Assembly: GCA_963697895.1 (NCBI GenBank)
Contig: OY969100.1
Coordinates: 800,001 to 864,000 of the forward strand
DNA from: an uncultured Methanomicrobiales archaeon
GTDB taxonomy: Archaea > Halobacteriota > Methanomicrobia > Methanomicrobiales > Methanospirillaceae
Reading direction: 5' to 3'
Length of the DNA: 64,000 nt
Shown: positions 1 through 10,550 of the stretch, piece after piece
Layout of the letters: the number at the start of each line of letters is the position of its first letter
Position numbering within the stretch: the stretch's first letter is position 1
Notes under the pieces: generated by a model
Told to the model about the DNA's origin: nothing
The model's database searches: none
What the model saw: the letters and a program-made list of their open reading frames with translations, nothing else
Made by a program: the position numbers and the translations under genes

Positions 1-47
1 ATAGCAACAGCGAGAATTGTCAGAACAACGGTAACCCCTTTCGTCAT
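1..47 (-). CDS. 5' end of a probable secreted/membrane protein (runs off the window)
   Basis: ATG at 47 reads MTKGVTVVLTILAVA..., a basic plus hydrophobic signal-peptide-like start; AT-rich upstream region. Confidence 0.4.
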   Translation of the reverse strand, partial: MTKGVTVVLTILAVA

Positions 48-198
48 CGTAAGATGAAGTTTGAACGACTGGGTTAATGTCTTTTCGTTCTTGACATATC
101 AAACTCTCGGGTAAATGTAAAGATTCTAACCCTAGCCCTGCACTCTGCGGTATTTACGGTACCAGATTCAATAACTCATGTAATTTTAATATTTTTCC

Positions 199-594
199 TT
201 ATTCTGCCGATTCACCCTCTTTCGGAGGTCGTGCAGGTCTTTCCGGTTTCACGTACGTGATAGTGAATTGCTCTATCCCCTCATGTCTCGTCAGGGAAGG
301 GGAATACTGGGTATCCATGATGAGACATTTAACGGGACATATATACACACACTCCTTACAGACGACGCACCTGAGCCGGTCGATCTGCCAGATCTTTTCT
401 TCTTTTAAGACGCAGATCGCCTGTGCAGGACATTTTTTCATGCAAAGCAGGCATGAAATACACCGGGAACCATCTATTTCAACATGGCCCCGGGAGATAT
501 CCGTCTTTTTTGCAGGCCTGGCCGGGTACTGGAGTGTTGCCGGGCTTCCGACAACGGTCCTCAATGCTGTTCTTGCCATTTCAAAGAAAGCCAT
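199..594 (-). CDS. echF: Ech hydrogenase subunit F, 2x[4Fe-4S] ferredoxin-like (NuoI-like)
   Basis: ATLQYP, CISCLLCMKKCP and CVVCKECVYICP motifs; last gene of the operon; start trimmed to MAFFEM. Confidence 0.9.
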   Translation of the reverse strand: MAFFEMARTALRTVVGSPATLQYPARPAKKTDISRGHVEIDGSRCISCLLCMKKCPAQAICVLKEEKIWQIDRLRCVVCKECVYICPVKCLIMDTQYSPSLTRHEGIEQFTITYVKPERPARPPKEGESAE

Positions 595-598
595 GTTT

Positions 599-1678
599 TC
601 ACCGCTCCGCACACCCGATACAAGGATCGATGGAGAGGACGATCACCGGTACGTCCGCAAGTTCACAACCCTGGAGCATCTTTACCAGTGGCGGAATATT
701 GGTAAGGGTTGGGGTCCGGATCCGTGACCTGACGAGAAATTTTGTCCCGTTTCCTTTTACATAATGAACAAGCTCGCCGCGCGGCTGTTCTGCACGGGAA
801 AAATATTCCCCATTCGGCGTTCCCGTCACCTTTACCTCGATCGGCCCATCGGGAATCTTCCGCACCGCCTCCTGGATAAGGTCGATGGAAGTGAACAGTT
901 CCCGTGCGCGGACGGCGCACCGGGCATGGCAATCCCCGGCTTGTTCAATAACCGGTTCCACATGGAGCCTCCCGTAGGCCGCATAACCGGTCTTCCGGAT
1001 ATCAATGGGGACCCCGCTTCCGCGTGCGGTCGGACCCATCGCACCGAGATCGTATGCATCTTTTTTCGTGAGGATCCCAATCCCCTTTGTGCGGGATTGC
1101 ACCGAACTATCAGAGAGGAATACATCGGTCAGTTCCTTTAATCCTTTCTGCATCCCTTCCAGGTTTCCCACCATCTCGTCGAGTTTATCGCCACTGATAT
1201 CTCTCCGGACACCGCCTATTTTGCAGGCACCCTGGATGACGCGGCCGCCAGTGGTCTCCTCCAGGGCGTCCAGAATATATTCACGAAACTTCCATGCACC
1301 CATATACAAATTTTCGAACCCAAACCCATCGGCAAATAAACCGAGCCAGAGAAGATGCGAGTGAAGACGCGAATACTCGGACCATATGGTGCGGAGGAAC
1401 AGCGCCCGTTCCGGAACCTCGATCCCCATCACCTGTTCAATCCCCTGACAATAGGTCATACCGTGGATGAAACTGCAGATTCCGCAGGTTCTTTCGGCGA
1501 TATAGACATATTCGCTAAATTCACGTTTTTCCACCAGCTTTTCGAGCCCGCGGTGCACATACCCGATGGATGGGATAGCATTTATGACCAGTTCGTCTTC
1601 AAGAACAAGGTCCAGATGAATAGGCTCCGGGAGCACCGGGTGCTGGGGACCGAACGGGATGACTATCTGTTTTGACAT
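599..1678 (-). CDS. echE: Ech [NiFe] hydrogenase large subunit
   Basis: PFGPQHP, GYVHRGLEK, L1 motif ERTCGIC, L2 motif DPCIGCAER at the C-terminus. Confidence 0.95.
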   Translation of the reverse strand: MSKQIVIPFGPQHPVLPEPIHLDLVLEDELVINAIPSIGYVHRGLEKLVEKREFSEYVYIAERTCGICSFIHGMTYCQGIEQVMGIEVPERALFLRTIWSEYSRLHSHLLWLGLFADGFGFENLYMGAWKFREYILDALEETTGGRVIQGACKIGGVRRDISGDKLDEMVGNLEGMQKGLKELTDVFLSDSSVQSRTKGIGILTKKDAYDLGAMGPTARGSGVPIDIRKTGYAAYGRLHVEPVIEQAGDCHARCAVRARELFTSIDLIQEAVRKIPDGPIEVKVTGTPNGEYFSRAEQPRGELVHYVKGNGTKFLVRSRIRTPTLTNIPPLVKMLQGCELADVPVIVLSIDPCIGCAER

Positions 1679-2043
1679 GGGTCACTCCCCCCTGATGGGC
1701 CGGCACTGAAGGGATATTTCACGGATGTCCGGATCAGCGTCCCATGGAAATCGATATTCATCCCCTTCACCATTATACCGAAGAGATCATGCATCTCGTT
1801 CTCATAGATGAATGCTCCCCAGTATATACCTGAAATACTGGGCAGTTCTGTATCTGCCGTGATAGCAACCCGGAGATTCTGGAACTGGTAGTCTTTATCG
1901 AACGAATAATTGATCTCAAAAGATTCCGCGAGTTTTGTACAGCCGATCTGGACGAGTCGGTATCCATCGTTATGGAACTGTTCCACCCTGCCGATCAGCT
2001 GTTCGATATTCACCACCGTTGTCGGCTGGTTTTCAATTGTCAT
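1663..2043 (-). CDS. echD: Ech hydrogenase subunit D (NuoC-like)
   Basis: LPSISGIYWGAFIYENEMHDLFGI motif; operon position. Confidence 0.9.
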   Translation of the reverse strand: MTIENQPTTVVNIEQLIGRVEQFHNDGYRLVQIGCTKLAESFEINYSFDKDYQFQNLRVAITADTELPSISGIYWGAFIYENEMHDLFGIMVKGMNIDFHGTLIRTSVKYPFSAGPSGGSDPCQNR

Positions 2044-2510
2044 ACGTGCTCACCTGGACCCGATGCAACCGTATCCGGTATTCTTCCGATCATTTCCAGT
2101 CTTTTTTGTTCAAGAATACCCAGCGCCTTTACAATCCCGTCGATGATCGATTCGGGGCGTGCGGCGCAACCGGGCACATACACGTCGACCGGGATGATCT
2201 TGTCGATGCCACCTACGATGTTGTAACATTCTCTGAATACGCCCGCAGAAGTTGCACATATGCCAACTGCAACCACGACCTTCGGATCCGGAATCTGGTC
2301 ATAGATATTTTTGACTATATCCTTGTTCTGCTCATTGATACCGCCGGTAACCACAAAAATATCAGCATGCTTGGGATTTCCCGTGTTGATGATCCCGAAC
2401 CGCTCCACGTCATACATTGGGGTAAGACAGGCAAGCACTTCGATATCGCATCCATTACAGGATGACGCGTCATAGTGGATGATCCAGGGAGATTTCGCGA
2501 GATAGGTCAT
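2040..2510 (-). CDS. echC: Ech hydrogenase small subunit (NuoB-like)
   Basis: SCNGCDIE, NPKHADIFVVTG, VGICA, VYVPGCAARPE; ATG overlaps the echB stop. Confidence 0.93.
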   Translation of the reverse strand: MTYLAKSPWIIHYDASSCNGCDIEVLACLTPMYDVERFGIINTGNPKHADIFVVTGGINEQNKDIVKNIYDQIPDPKVVVAVGICATSAGVFRECYNIVGGIDKIIPVDVYVPGCAARPESIIDGIVKALGILEQKRLEMIGRIPDTVASGPGEHV

Positions 2511-3373
2511 AGGACGAGCACCCCTTTCAGATAATATAGGACCGCAAGATTTACTAAACCGAGTATCCCTGCAACTAGCCAGGCTGCCTTCAGGGTTGAT
2601 TGCCATTTCAGACGGGAGAACGTATTGTCCACGAGGATCTCCAGGAAATAGACGATAATTATTGCGAGTATCGCAATAAGCGGATTGAACCCGAAGAAAA
2701 GATACACAACACCCAGAAGGAACACCGTCTCGTACCAGTGCGCGATCTCGATCCTTCCCAGTGTCGGCCCTGCGAATTCGGTCATGATCCCCTTCACCAG
2801 TTCCTGATGGGCATGATGGGAAGTAGAGAGATCGAACGGGGATTTCCGGAGCTTGATGGTGATAAGCATCAGGAATCCGATGAACACCCCGGGGAGGAAG
2901 AGGATGATCGGGAGGGCCGACGCGCTAATATCACTCACATAGAAGGAGGAGGTAACAAGGAACATTCCTACAGCGGTAAGGATGATCATCGGCTCGAATG
3001 CGATGATCTGAATCAGTTCCCGCTCTGCGCCGATGAAACTGTAAGGGGAATTCGAAGCATAACCCCCGAGCACCAGGAAAATATGGGCAAGGGTAAACGC
3101 GAATATTACCAGTAGGAGATCCCAGCCAGCGAAGAATAATGCCCCGCTCACCATGATGAATACAAGGTACGAGAGGACATAGAAATTCTGTGACGCTGCC
3201 ACTACCACGCTCTCTTTTTCGAAGAGCTTGCCGACGTCATAAAATGGCTGCAGGAGGGGCGGGCCCATCCTTCCCTGCATCCTGGCTGTCACTTTCCGAT
3301 CAATCCCGGCGATCAGGCCCCCCAGAACAGGGGCGAGGAGGAGAAAGATGATTCCATTAATGACGGATATCAC
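2507..3373 (-). CDS. echB: Ech hydrogenase membrane subunit B (NuoH-like)
   Basis: DRKVTARMQGRMGPPLLQPFYD, KSPFD..HHAHQELVKG; GTG start overlaps the echA TGA. Confidence 0.92.
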   Translation of the reverse strand: MISVINGIIFLLLAPVLGGLIAGIDRKVTARMQGRMGPPLLQPFYDVGKLFEKESVVVAASQNFYVLSYLVFIMVSGALFFAGWDLLLVIFAFTLAHIFLVLGGYASNSPYSFIGAERELIQIIAFEPMIILTAVGMFLVTSSFYVSDISASALPIILFLPGVFIGFLMLITIKLRKSPFDLSTSHHAHQELVKGIMTEFAGPTLGRIEIAHWYETVFLLGVVYLFFGFNPLIAILAIIIVYFLEILVDNTFSRLKWQSTLKAAWLVAGILGLVNLAVLYYLKGVLVL

Positions 3374-5274
3374 AGCATCACCCCCGCGACCGCGACTGCG
3401 GCAAAGAGGAGCAGTCCGAGACAAATGATGTTTCCTGTGGTGCGCAGACGACTTTCTCCGAAGTAGGACTCGAGATAATAGTTTGAGAGTACCGCTTGTT
3501 TATCCACGCCGAGCGACCCTCGAAATACCATCGTTGGTGACGTGGTTCTTCCTCCCATGTAGGGAGCGACATGTCTTCCCCGCTTCTGATAATACAGCAT
3601 GGAGAGGGGCATAATAAGGATCAGGCAGAGCATCAAGAGCATAATCGTGATATTTTCCTGCGAGAGCCGTGCGGTCTGTCCATAGATGGCGAGGATGAAC
3701 GGCTCGATCAGATAACCGGAGATCAAGGGAAAGATCAGCGTTACCAGAATTACCAGACCTGTCGTGATGTAGAGTGGCATCCATTTTTCTTTCCAAAAGG
3801 TAGCCTCCACCCGATCGCGGAATTCTTCCACAGAGATGATCTTTCCCATCCACTTGGCCCAGAAAAACACGGTTATGGATCCTCCGAATGCCAGAATCGC
3901 CACGAATATAAGACCGGCGGGTGCGAGAATAAATGCCTCGATGGCAGCCCATTTGGATATAAGCATACCGAAGGGTGCAAGAAACATCCCGGCAATGCCG
4001 ATGAACATCATTATGGCAATCTTCGGCATCCGCACAATCAAACTGTCCATATCCTCAATATCCTTGCTTCCGATCCGCTGCTCGATGACCCCGACCGACA
4101 TGAAGAGGAGCGATTTCGCGATTGCATGGAATATGATCAGCAGGATCGCCGCCCAAACAAGCATATAGGTTCCGATTCCCGCACACGCCGTGATCAGGCC
4201 AAGATTGGCAATCGTCGAATAAGCAAGCACTTTTTTTCCGTTGCTCTGGGATATCGCAATTCCTGATGCAAGGAGGAATGTTACCCCCCCGACCAGGGCG
4301 ATCGTGTACCCGAGAGGATTTCCGGTAAGTACCGGTGCAAATCGGACAATGATGTATACTCCGGCCTTGACCATGGTACTCGAATGGAGCAGGGCTGAAA
4401 CCGGTGTGGGTGCCACCATGGCCCCAACCAGCCACGATGAGAAGGGCATAAGAGCTGCTTTGGTGATTCCGGCAAAACAGATCAATCCCACAGGGATCAG
4501 GACGAGTACCTGGCCTGAAGAAAGAAGGTTATTGATCTCCAGAAGGGATCCGGATGGGTCAACCTGTGCCAGATAAAGAATCGCCGCTGCAAATGCAATC
4601 CCCCCGATAAGGTTCATGATAAGCGCAAGAAAGGCGCTTTTCGATGCTTCTGCTGTTTGTGCATACCCGATAAGAAGGAATGAACAGATCGTGGTAATCT
4701 CCCAGAAAAAAAAGACCCACAAGAGGTTATTGGAAAATACCAGGCCGAACATTGCGGAGAGGAAGATGAAAATAAGGAAGAAGAACCATGGCCGTCGGTC
4801 CTTCACTTCCGGATGCTGACGGTGATATGTCTCCATGTAAAATAGGGCATACACCCCAATCAACGTGCCAATTATACCGATGATTAACGCCATGATGATG
4901 GAGAACTGGTCAATGAACAGGTTGTTAAGGGGATTCAGGTCCTGGATGAAATATGCCTCAAAAATGATGATGAGGGCTGTCTGAATGACAATTAAAACCC
5001 CCGCGATTAGGTTCCTGAACCTGTACGCGAGATAGAGCAGGAAGAGAGCGAGGCCCATCTCGAGGAAGAACATCACCTGGCTGAGCGGCTCAAAAGATAC
5101 CGGGAAAAAAACCGTTCCGCTGCTGCCATAGACCACCAGCAGGTACAGGGTGGCGGCGGCGATGATCACTGCAGAGGCCTTAACGACAAGGTCTCTAATC
5201 GAGGTCTTCGGGATAAAAGCGACCAAAAGTGCAATAATCAGAGGAAATAGGATCAGGAACAGGACATCGTTCAT
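3370..5274 (-). CDS. echA: Ech hydrogenase antiporter-like subunit A (NuoL/MrpA-like)
   Basis: FFFWEITT, WLVGAMVAPTPVSALLHSSTMVKAGVY, KKVLAYST; many TM helices. Confidence 0.93.
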   Translation of the reverse strand: MNDVLFLILFPLIIALLVAFIPKTSIRDLVVKASAVIIAAATLYLLVVYGSSGTVFFPVSFEPLSQVMFFLEMGLALFLLYLAYRFRNLIAGVLIVIQTALIIIFEAYFIQDLNPLNNLFIDQFSIIMALIIGIIGTLIGVYALFYMETYHRQHPEVKDRRPWFFFLIFIFLSAMFGLVFSNNLLWVFFFWEITTICSFLLIGYAQTAEASKSAFLALIMNLIGGIAFAAAILYLAQVDPSGSLLEINNLLSSGQVLVLIPVGLICFAGITKAALMPFSSWLVGAMVAPTPVSALLHSSTMVKAGVYIIVRFAPVLTGNPLGYTIALVGGVTFLLASGIAISQSNGKKVLAYSTIANLGLITACAGIGTYMLVWAAILLIIFHAIAKSLLFMSVGVIEQRIGSKDIEDMDSLIVRMPKIAIMMFIGIAGMFLAPFGMLISKWAAIEAFILAPAGLIFVAILAFGGSITVFFWAKWMGKIISVEEFRDRVEATFWKEKWMPLYITTGLVILVTLIFPLISGYLIEPFILAIYGQTARLSQENITIMLLMLCLILIMPLSMLYYQKRGRHVAPYMGGRTTSPTMVFRGSLGVDKQAVLSNYYLESYFGESRLRTTGNIICLGLLLFAAVAVAGVML

Positions 5275-5615
5275 CCATCACTCACGATGTTTCTATTGTT
5301 GATCTGTCATTATTAATCATTCCAATTTAATCTGCGAAATTATGTGTATCAACCGGAAAATACTCCTTTTTTCCCATAATCGCACCTGTTTAAGAAGATT
5401 TCCTGTCGGTTAAGTCATCAACTTCACCACTGATAAATAAATGAGGGAAATATCGACAGGATGAATCAACTTTTTCTAGACACAGTACGGTGACTGAATA
5501 CTCCATACAGTCACTGGTTCCCCAAAAGGACCATATTTGTGACAAATTTGAGCGCCGGTATTTTTCGATAGATTGAACATATCCCCGTGACAGTACGATA
5601 GCGGGAGTTGCTTGG

Positions 5616-6212
5616 ATGTACTGCTCAAAATGCGGGCGGGAAACGGACGCTGAGGGGAAATTCTGCCAATGGTGTGGCGCAGATCTGACTGCGATACCTC
5701 CGCGGCCGGTGATACGAAGAAGGCGGGGGATCCTGACCGAAAATTATGCCGGTATCGGACGGCGGTTTGTTGCATTCATCGTCGACCTCCTTTTTATATT
5801 GTTCATCGATCTCGTTCTGACCGGGCTGTTCGGGCTTTCGGAGGGTTTCAGGATGATCAACCAGCGCCTCCATCACCTGCCATATACAGACCAGTCGGGA
5901 CAGGTCGTGAATGCTCTCCTGCCGATTCCTGTGATACTCTCGGTTGGTATCCTTCTGATCCTGGTTCCCTGGTTGTATTATGCAATCCTCGAAAGTTCCA
6001 AAAATCAGGCGACCTTGGGCAAGATTGCTCTTCGGATCGCCGTGACCGATCTCCACGGGGATCGAATTACCTTCTCCCGGGCGACACTGAGGTTTTATGC
6101 AAAAATACTCGTGTTAATCACATTCTTTGTCGGATTTATCATCGTTGCGTTTTCCCGGCAGAAACAGGGAATTCATGATATTGTCGCAGGCTGTCTGATG
6201 TTCATCCAGTAG
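5616..6212 (+). CDS. RDD family membrane protein with N-terminal zinc ribbon
   Basis: MYCSKCG..FCQWCG ribbon; YAGIGRRFVAFIVD, QATLGK, KQGIHDIVAG RDD motifs. Confidence 0.88.
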   Translation: MYCSKCGRETDAEGKFCQWCGADLTAIPPRPVIRRRRGILTENYAGIGRRFVAFIVDLLFILFIDLVLTGLFGLSEGFRMINQRLHHLPYTDQSGQVVNALLPIPVILSVGILLILVPWLYYAILESSKNQATLGKIALRIAVTDLHGDRITFSRATLRFYAKILVLITFFVGFIIVAFSRQKQGIHDIVAGCLMFIQ

Positions 6213-6273
6213 TTTCCCGGCACAAGGCTTGTTTATTCCATGAACGTGCAAGAGAGAGGCAATAACCGGTTCC

Positions 6274-6468
6274 TTAGTCGTACTTGCCTTTCAGCCCTGC
6301 CCATCCGGTAAACCCGCAATAGATGCACCCTTCGCCCTCGCAATGTCGACATTTTACAGCAGGAGAACAAACCAGTACGCACCCTTTTTTATCGCAATAC
6401 ACGCATCCGGCACCCTCGCAATGGGAGCAGGTAACTTCTGAATAGATTTTTGAAGGTTTGGCAGCCAT
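6274..6468 (-). CDS. Small Cys-rich zinc-finger protein (DnaJ-type CxxCxGxG repeats)
   Basis: Two copies of CxHCEGxGCxYC in 64 aa; GGGTGAAG RBS-like sequence upstream. Confidence 0.75.
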   Translation of the reverse strand: MAAKPSKIYSEVTCSHCEGAGCVYCDKKGCVLVCSPAVKCRHCEGEGCIYCGFTGWAGLKGKYD

Positions 6469-6578
6469 TCCACTTCACCCCTTTCTTTCAAGAATAAGAT
6501 AACCGGGAAAGGAGCCTTGCTTCATCTTAAAAATCCCCAAGGGGACGAATGAAGCGTTCTCCTTGATACAATCCAGAT

Positions 6579-8255
6579 TCATCCTTCTCTGGATCTCCCC
6601 GGGTGTTCACATATCTCCAGCACTGCCCCCCGATCCGCCTGGCTTACCAGGGCGGCATACCGGCGAAGCACACCCCCCAAAGGAGCTTTTAGCGGCTTTT
6701 CTGAGGGTTTCCTGTTCTGTACAAACGCCGGGTCGACGAAGAGATCAATCCTCTTTTCGAACAGGTCGATCAGAATGACATCCCCATCCTGAACTACCGA
6801 AATCGGTCCTCCGACAGCCGCTTCGGGCGTAACATGGCCGATGCAGGGCCCCCGCGTCCCTCCGGAAAAGCGTCCGTCGGTTACGAGTGCAACACGGGAA
6901 TAACCAAGTCCCATCAATGCGGAAGTCGGAGAGAGCATCTCCGGCATTCCCGGACCACCCCGTGGTCCCTCGAACCGTATGACCACAACATCGCCTTCGT
7001 GGATCGACCCTGCAAGAATGGCTTCCATTGCGGCATTCTCTCCGTCGAAGACCCGGGCCGGACCCTGATGCATCCACATGGCTTTGGGCACGGCGGCACA
7101 CTTTACCACTGCTCCATCAGGGGCAAGGGTCCCATGAAGTATCTTTAGTCCTCCGGCAGGACTGACCGGGGTGGAGACATCCTTCAGCACCTGATCATCC
7201 CTCACTACGCCGCTTTCGGCGATATCGTGGATGGTCAGGCCCGACACAGTTTGGGAATCGGATAAAAAATGTATGAGTCGTTTCATTACCGCGGGAATGC
7301 CCCCGGCCCGGTATAAGGCAAGCATCGAATGGGGGCCTGATGGCTGCATATGACAGATGTGAGGGATCTTTTCTCCGATGCGATTGAAGTCATCGAGATT
7401 CAGGGGAATACGCGCCTCGCATGCGATCGCCATAAGGTGGAGAACGGTATTGGTCGATCCACCAAGGGCCATATCAACTCGGATTGCATTCTGGAGGCTG
7501 TCGAGGGTGATGATCTCCCGAGGATGAAGATCCTCCCGGACAAGGCGGACGACCTGTTCCCCGCTTTCCCGTGCAATACGAAGTTTTGCTGCGTCCACTG
7601 CGGGGATTGCTGCCATACCGGGGAGAGACATCCCCATTGCTTCCGTCATGCATGCCATGGTGTTTGCGGTATACAGTCCCTGGCAGCTGCCGCATCCCGG
7701 CATCGCACAGCATTCCAGATCCCGGAGCTCCTCCTCACTCATCTTCCCTGCAGCAACCATCCCTACTCCTTCAAAGACATCGATCAGTGAACGCTCCCGT
7801 CCACTCTGATAACCGGGGAGCATCGGGCCTCCGGTTACCATGATCGCCGGAATGTCGCACCGGGCAGCCGCCATAAGCATCCCGGGAACGATTTTGTCAC
7901 AGGTCCCTACACAGGCGAGGCCGTCGAACCGGTGTGCTTCAATCATCAGTTCGATGGAATCGGCAATATTTTCCCGTGAAGGGAGGGAATACCGCATACC
8001 TTCATGCCCCATCGCGATTCCATCGCAGATTCCGATCACCCCGAACTCGAAGGGCACCCCTCCACCCGCGGTGATCCCCTCCCTCACCTTCGTCGAGAGT
8101 TCCCTGAGATGGACATGCCCCGGAACGATTGTATTCCAGGCATTTGCAATCCCGATGAACGGCATCTCCATCTCGCGATCTGTAACCCCGAGTGACCGGA
8201 GAAGAGCGCGATTGGGAGCCCGTTGGTATCCTGACCTGACTTCATCACTTCGCAT
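6579..8255 (-). CDS. ilvD: Dihydroxy-acid dehydratase
   Basis: [52 protein letters not shown]; start trimmed to MRSDEV. Confidence 0.95.
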   Translation of the reverse strand: MRSDEVRSGYQRAPNRALLRSLGVTDREMEMPFIGIANAWNTIVPGHVHLRELSTKVREGITAGGGVPFEFGVIGICDGIAMGHEGMRYSLPSRENIADSIELMIEAHRFDGLACVGTCDKIVPGMLMAAARCDIPAIMVTGGPMLPGYQSGRERSLIDVFEGVGMVAAGKMSEEELRDLECCAMPGCGSCQGLYTANTMACMTEAMGMSLPGMAAIPAVDAAKLRIARESGEQVVRLVREDLHPREIITLDSLQNAIRVDMALGGSTNTVLHLMAIACEARIPLNLDDFNRIGEKIPHICHMQPSGPHSMLALYRAGGIPAVMKRLIHFLSDSQTVSGLTIHDIAESGVVRDDQVLKDVSTPVSPAGGLKILHGTLAPDGAVVKCAAVPKAMWMHQGPARVFDGENAAMEAILAGSIHEGDVVVIRFEGPRGGPGMPEMLSPTSALMGLGYSRVALVTDGRFSGGTRGPCIGHVTPEAAVGGPISVVQDGDVILIDLFEKRIDLFVDPAFVQNRKPSEKPLKAPLGGVLRRYAALVSQADRGAVLEICEHPGRSREG

Positions 8256-8384
8256 GCAATATACCCGACAGATATGTCGGTTCCACTCCATCATGAAACA
8301 TATTGACTACCTGGCCGAACCGGCCACGCGGATGCAAGAATTCCCATTGAGGATGATTGGATCTGATGGATCGTTTCTCCGGTA

Positions 8385-8745
8385 CTGCTTCGCGGGTGGA
8401 TCGTTCTCCATGATCCAAAATGTATTTCCTTCAGTGACCATGCAGACTGCCCAGTATCCGATACCCGCGATGGGCATCCGTTCATTCAGAATACTTCCCC
8501 CTCCTTTACGGACTTTATCCGCGTATTCAGTCACGGATGGGACCGATATCGTGTTTCGAACACAATTTGCTCCGGATAGCTCCATAATTGCCCCGTCTAT
8601 CCCGTTTCTGATTCCGATCCGGTCTTGAGCAGCCAGTACCTGACATCTCCCTATTTTTCTGCATCCCGGACAAACGTCTGCGGATAGAATGGAACGGCAC
8701 GTTCAGGATCCTCTGCCGTATCTCAAAATGAATACACCGTGGCAT
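8385..8745 (-). pseudogene. Decayed VOC/glyoxalase-family gene
   Basis: MPRCIHFEI / AEDPERAVPFY...K*GDVRYWLLKTG / GIDGAIM...NTISVPSV..Y..KV...GG....MPIAGIGYWA...TEGNTFWIME lie in three frames: two -1 shifts plus an in-frame TAG (8651-8653). Confidence 0.8.
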
Positions 8746-8894
8746 CTTCGTTTGCCTCCGATGGAGGATGAAGGGGCCAGAAATAAGATATTTCCGATAG
8801 GACATAAGGTACAATTTGGATCCGGGAACTCATTCGGGTAGTGAATGCTTTTATACTCCGACATCTATGGCATCGTAAACAGAGGTGAAGCACG

Positions 8895-9116
8895 ATGCCG
8901 TACCGTTGGAAGAAAAAGATTGATGTGGACGAATCGATCGTCGTAATTATGAACTCTTTAGAAAAATCGGATGATCTCCCGAACTGGCTCTTGACGACCG
9001 TTAGGGCAGCCATTTCTGATTCTGATCCCGAGATGGGCCGGTATTTCTATGCAGAACTAAAGAAATACGCGCCAAAAGCGATGAAATATTTCGAAGGTTC
9101 CTGCGGTCCCGATTGA
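8895..9116 (+). CDS. Small hypothetical protein (73 aa)
   Basis: GAGGTGA RBS immediately upstream; protein-like composition. Confidence 0.65.
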   Translation: MPYRWKKKIDVDESIVVIMNSLEKSDDLPNWLLTTVRAAISDSDPEMGRYFYAELKKYAPKAMKYFEGSCGPD

Positions 9117-9196
9117 TCTGACCGGGATTCCATCTTTTTTCCAGATATTCGACAGCGCTTTCCTCATATGGGAACCTGGATTTCGATACCCGAAGC

Positions 9197-10549
9197 TTAT
9201 ACCCTGCTGAACGAAACCGCCGCACACATGAAATTCCGGATAAAATCACGGGAAAAATAGGCATGCATATAGCTCCCGAGCGTGTTCTGTACATAAATCC
9301 CGTCAAATCCGTCCTGAATCCCGCTTCCCCGGTGAAGCTCGATTGCGAATCGGGCATCTTTGTCACACCAGACCCGTGAATAATGAAATTCATGCCCGGT
9401 AATTTTTTCTCCTCCTTTCAGGAATGATACTCCTCCCCTGCTCGTTCCGGTCGCGTACCCGAGACCCTGGATCTGAGAGGTCACCTCGGTCGCGGCGGGA
9501 AGTACGCCTGCCATCCGGTATTCCTTTTGCCCTTCCCCACCGATACGACTGGTCAGGTAGATAAGGCCGCCACACTCTCCGTAGATGGGCATTCCCTTTT
9601 CTGCCTTTTTCCTGATCTGGTCCCGGCATCCTGACCGTTCTATCGCTTCACCGTGAAGTTCCGGATAACCGCCGCCCAGGTATAATGCATCACATGGCGG
9701 AAGTGCATCATGGATGGGGCTGAAAAATCTGATCTCTCCTCCTGATTCCCGAATCAGGTCCAGATTATCCCGGTAATAGAAGCAAAATGCCTCATCCATC
9801 GCCACCCCGATGACCGGATTACCATCGACCGGAGGAATACGATGCGGACGCGGAAGAGGAAGCGGCGGTGCACTCCGGGCGATAGATTCCAGCGTATCCA
9901 GATCGACCGCCTCTTCAAAGACCGGAGCGTTCGATACCGAACTTTCTGACTCAAATCCCATCTTCAGGCCGAGGTACCGGCTCCCGATAGTGATTTCTTT
10001 TCTCCAGGGGAGCCACCCGAACGCCGGGAGATCGAGCGACGCCTCGATCATCCTCCGGTGCTTTTCGCTCCCCACCCGGTTGAAAATTACCCCGGCAAGC
10101 GTGCATCCGGGGTCAAATGATCGGAATCCTTTTATGAGAGCGTTTGCGCTCCGTGACATCCCTTTGGCATCGACGACAAGGATTGCCGGCGCGGAGAGGA
10201 TCTTCATCAGGTGCGCCGTGCTGGATAACTCGGTCCCGTCCAGACCGTCATACATCCCCATCACCCCCTCGATCACCGCGATATCAGCTCCCCTGCTGGC
10301 ACGGTGAACGGTCTCGAGTACGCCTTCCACACCCATCATATAGGGATCCAGGTTCCGGGCAGGGCGACCGCAGATCAGGGAATGATGGGAGGGGTCTATA
10401 AAATCAGGCCCCACCTTGAAGGGCTGAACCACCAGGCCCCGGGCCCGGAATGCTTCCATGATTCCGCGGGTAACCGTAGTTTTTCCGCACCCGCTGTGTG
10501 TCCCTGCGATTACGATTCGCGGAATGTCCGACATGGATTCTGTCGACAT
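9197..10549 (-). CDS. cbiA: Cobyrinate (or Ni-sirohydrochlorin) a,c-diamide synthase, CbiA/CobB/CfbB family
   Basis: GTHSGCGKTT, FKVGPDFIDP, IEGVMGMYDG, GGGYPE, ECGG, GHEFHYS; CbiA and CfbB cannot be told apart by eye. Confidence 0.85.
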   Translation of the reverse strand: MSTESMSDIPRIVIAGTHSGCGKTTVTRGIMEAFRARGLVVQPFKVGPDFIDPSHHSLICGRPARNLDPYMMGVEGVLETVHRASRGADIAVIEGVMGMYDGLDGTELSSTAHLMKILSAPAILVVDAKGMSRSANALIKGFRSFDPGCTLAGVIFNRVGSEKHRRMIEASLDLPAFGWLPWRKEITIGSRYLGLKMGFESESSVSNAPVFEEAVDLDTLESIARSAPPLPLPRPHRIPPVDGNPVIGVAMDEAFCFYYRDNLDLIRESGGEIRFFSPIHDALPPCDALYLGGGYPELHGEAIERSGCRDQIRKKAEKGMPIYGECGGLIYLTSRIGGEGQKEYRMAGVLPAATEVTSQIQGLGYATGTSRGGVSFLKGGEKITGHEFHYSRVWCDKDARFAIELHRGSGIQDGFDGIYVQNTLGSYMHAYFSRDFIRNFMCAAVSFSRV

Positions 10550-10550
10550 G

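Noticed and set aside
8651-8653. In-frame TAG as possible pyrrolysine codon
   Set aside because: The gene also has two frameshifts, the position fits a TGG-to-TAG change, and no pyl genes are seen
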